Position numbers and translations under genes: made by a program
Source of the DNA: Paramicrosporidium saccamoebae KSL3
Taxonomy: Eukaryota; Fungi; Cryptomycota
Reading direction: 5' to 3'
Length of the DNA: 32,000 nt
NCBI GenBank assembly: GCA_002794465.1
Contig: MTSL01000134.1
Location: forward strand, 75,495-107,494
Notes under the pieces: model-generated
Database searches by the model: none
Told to the model about the DNA's origin: nothing
Seen by the model: the letters and a program-made list of their open reading frames with translations, nothing else
In this document: one piece after another, positions 29,075 through 32,000 of the stretch
How positions within the stretch are numbered: position 1 is the stretch's first letter
How the letters are laid out: each line of letters begins with the position of its first letter

Positions 29075-30892
29075 TTATTGGATTGCAAGAAGGGTATCGA
29101 AAAGGCGATACCTCCTGTTGTTGGAGACTCTGTACGATTTGATACATAGCGACGTGGGAAGAGGTGAAGATACAAGCCGATTCATGCAGTCTTCAAGGTA
29201 CTCCAGAACGACAGGATTGTTGGCCAAGTTACAAGGCTGTAATCCGTTGAGAAATCGATTTGCGTCCTGATGTGCAACAATAATACTAATGGAATCCGCC
29301 CCGTCCGTGACATTGAGAGTAAACATAAATGTGAATCCATCAAAATCGGTCCCACAAGACGAACAAGAATGAGCTGCAGCGACAGGAGCGGTTGTCCGAC
29401 ACTTGGAACAACTTTGACGACTGAATTCGGCCACACGAGCCGGCCTAAAGTTTGTAATTCGACCCTTGATTAGGAATTTGGCTAAATCCTCCTGTGCGTC
29501 AAGAACAGTTCTTATTGCAGTTACCGCGATATTTGTGTGAAGGACGGCTAAGCATAAGAGACAGCGTGGACATGCTTACTGGTAAGGGGTCCTGATGACG
29601 TCTGCTTAGTGGGTGAGGTGGTTGTGGTGCGGGCCTGTTTAGCGGGCAAGGCATCTTGGGTGTAAACTTGTCTGGTTGGTGTGTGAACTTGTCTAGCAGG
29701 CGAGACGTTCCGACTACGAACTCTTTGGGTGGGAGAGACATTTGGACCATCATCCCCTCTAGTGGGTGAAACATTTGGATCATCATCCTCTCTAATGGGT
29801 GAAACATTGGAATCACCACCCCATCTAGCGGGCGAGACGCTTTGCTCACCAACTCGACTCTTTGTCGGATCCTGAGAGCTGTAGTGTCCAAACAAGGCAG
29901 TTTTCCTTTCATTCAAGACACGAGCCTCTGCACTCGTCGCGCCAAGGACAAATATCTTTTCTGAATTGGAATGATCACCATGAAGAACAGCAATTAATCC
30001 GGCGGAACTGAGATCTCCATCGACGGGAGATGAGATTATTTTTGAGCGTACATTCAAAACTCTAATAATCTGTCCTTCTTGCAATTGTGCCGCACGATCA
30101 GAAAAGTTGTCCCAGAATGTTGTGAGCAGTAGACGATGTTCATAGTCTGGCGAAAGATCAAAGTGGCTGGGATTAGCTCGAATTTCCACATTTGCAGTGT
30201 AGTCGGTGAGTAAGGCAGTGACTTGACTGGGTTTGTAGGTCGGAAGGATACGAACAACTTCTGCAACAAGGTCAAAAAAAGTGTTGGGCTGGATCAGGTC
30301 AACGGTTAGCGTGGGTCTACTGGCTGACGGTTTGCTCGGAGAGGTCCTTACAAGCGCTGCAGTATGCCCGGTCCTGGCAGAGATTCGGTTCAGGATACGA
30401 CGCTCCTCAGCCTCTACGGGTCTCGCTGGACTAGCTACCCAACTGCCCGACTCATCTCGCGAGAATGTAGTAAAAGCAGCCCAGTTTGTTGAAATGGCCT
30501 GCAAGGATCCTTGGAACGTTTGGACTCTCATGTGACGAAATTGAACAATGTCATCTTCGGCACGAACATTGGGAAACAGCGACTCGGATGACCGGAATAT
30601 CGACACTGATAACCCTGCCGAATAGTCTCCAAATTCTAGCTGCAAAGAGTCGTCCACCACTATCATATTCATCATGAAATCTGTAATATATAATGCTCAC
30701 GTGTACTGTACATTACCTGTTCCTCTTGTGGGGTACGGCTGTTTATATGCCACAACTCGGCCATAAAAGTTCAGGGATGGCCCGGGCGCAAGCTCACTAA
30801 TGGGAGTATACTGATAATTTCGTGTCTAGAGTCATTAACACTGATGACTTTTATGACTACGGTACCTTTTCACAATCGGTACTGACCATCAT
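29075..30892 (-). CDS. POT1: Telomere ssDNA-binding protein POT1, full length (OB1-OB2-linker-OB3/Zn)
   Basis: Introns of 40, 36 and 32 nt join YQYTPISEL..NFYGRVV..PTRGTDF..IVVD (OB1), LTDYTAN..TFWDNF..IRVLNV (OB2) and CSKC..CSSC..FTLNVTDG..LCIKSYRV..YRLFDT (OB3); 569 aa. Confidence 0.88.
29605..29841 (-). repeat. In-frame 33-bp (11-aa) repeats in the POT1 linker
   Basis: SVSPARWGGDS/NVSPIREDDDP/NVSPTRGDDGP/NVSPTQRVRSR/NVSPARQVHT. Confidence 0.9.
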
Positions 30893-30936
30893 CTTTAGCC
30901 CTTGACCCGCCCGCCACGGTCCGTTTGGCAGTTCCC

Positions 30937-31929
30937 ATGTCTAACGTTCGAGACCGGACCGGTGAATTTGCCGCCACCATAGACTCCCTTCTGAACCGCT
31001 CTGTGGCAGGAGTTGGAAACTTGAGTGACCCTCTGCTTGGCGTCCGCTCGCCTAGCATCCCAAAGAGTCCAAGCCATGTCCACACAGAGTTCACCCGCCG
31101 GGCCACGGAAATTAACGTTGGAATCCAGCGTGTCCTGTCCATGTTAGAGAAGCTGACCAAATTGGCGAGAAATAAGACTCTGTTTGACGACAGACCCGTA
31201 GAGGTCCAAGACCTGACCCAGATAATCAAAGTGGAAATAGCAAAACTGAATGGACAAATTGCCGACTTGCAGAATTTCCAACGGATGAGGAAAACTGGAG
31301 GATACACAGTGGGAACTAACAGAAGCGCCGAAGAGCACAGTTCACAGGTTGTCGTGTCGCTGCAGAGTCGTCTTGCAGAGGCGTCTTCGACGTTTACAAA
31401 TGTTCTTGAAATGCGTTCACAGAATATAAAAGCACAAAGAGACCGACGTGACCAGTTTAGCGCCACGAACATAATGCCAGGTACAGTAGGCAGGTTAATC
31501 TGATTGTTTGTAGTTCCGTCAGTTTCAAGACAGCGGAATGTTAGAGATTCGCCCTCGCCTGGGAAAGGGTCTGGAGACTCTCACATCGCCATAGAAATGC
31601 CCACACAGTCGCTCCAGCAACTGTCACTGATGACCTCGGCGCCGGATACTAGTTATCTGGAAAGTAGGGGCGCAGCGCTCCAAGGCATTGAATCGACAAT
31701 CAACGAACTCGGCACCATTTACCGACAACTCGCCACCATGATTGCCGAGCAGGGAGAAGTTGTCCAACGAATCGATATGAATGTAGAAGACATGCATCTG
31801 AACATTGAAAGAGGACAAGGGGAATTGCTAAAATATCTTCGTAACGTCAGCTCCAATCGTTGGCTGATGATCAAGATTTTTGCCATTCTAATCATTTTCG
31901 TCATCTTTTTTTCCGTTTTTCTGCTATAA
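30937..31929 (+). CDS. SED5: Syntaxin-5 (Golgi t-SNARE)
   Basis: RDRTGEF, LEKLTKLARNKTLFDDRPVE, SNARE motif ESRGAALQGIESTINELGTIYRQLA..RID and a C-terminal TM. A 33-nt intron joins the two track ORFs. Confidence 0.96.
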
Positions 31930-32000
31930 TTGCCTCCATCTGCAGATATATGGTGTATAAACTGTATTTATATCCAAGCATTATGACGATAGTCATGAGG

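Noticed and set aside
122-31904. Numerous antisense or alternate-frame ORFs in the track (e.g. 1736..1984, 3662..4075, 12552..13004, 30870..31472)
   Set aside because: They are shadows of well-supported genes on the other strand or frame, with no independent motifs.
1-32000. Microsporidian CCC/GGG start-codon motif, transposons, telomeric repeats, rRNA
   Set aside because: Start contexts are heterogeneous. No transposase or RT ORFs, terminal repeats, telomere arrays or rRNA signatures were seen.

Overview
Gene-dense eukaryotic nuclear DNA with about 30 genes in 32 kb. Spliceosomal introns are tiny (28-40 nt), and most intergenic spacers are only 20-70 bp. Mitochondrial OXPHOS genes are retained (ATP4, PET117, RSM22), along with genes many yeasts lack (NuSAP-like, UXT, full-length POT1). 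This points to an early-diverging fungal or Rozellomycota/basal-microsporidia-like genome; that is an inference, not an identification. I built the spliced gene models by hand and checked that each complete model closes in frame. Several genes (PET117, RPA3, UXT, two SPT small subunits) are missed or fragmented in the ORF track. The standout is at 15.4-17.3 kb: a TALE homeobox gene carrying a MEIS/KNOX-type (MEINOX) N-terminal domain, transcribed divergently from a typical (non-TALE) homeobox gene. This is the HD1/HD2 layout of fungal mating-type loci. The shared 540-bp spacer holds 7 TGACA/TGTCA TALE-type sites and a dead copy of the HD1 5' end. A second window-wide pattern is repeated local tandem amplification of gene starts and ends, which leaves uORFs and relic termini. 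No rRNA, tRNA, CRISPR array or transposon was found.
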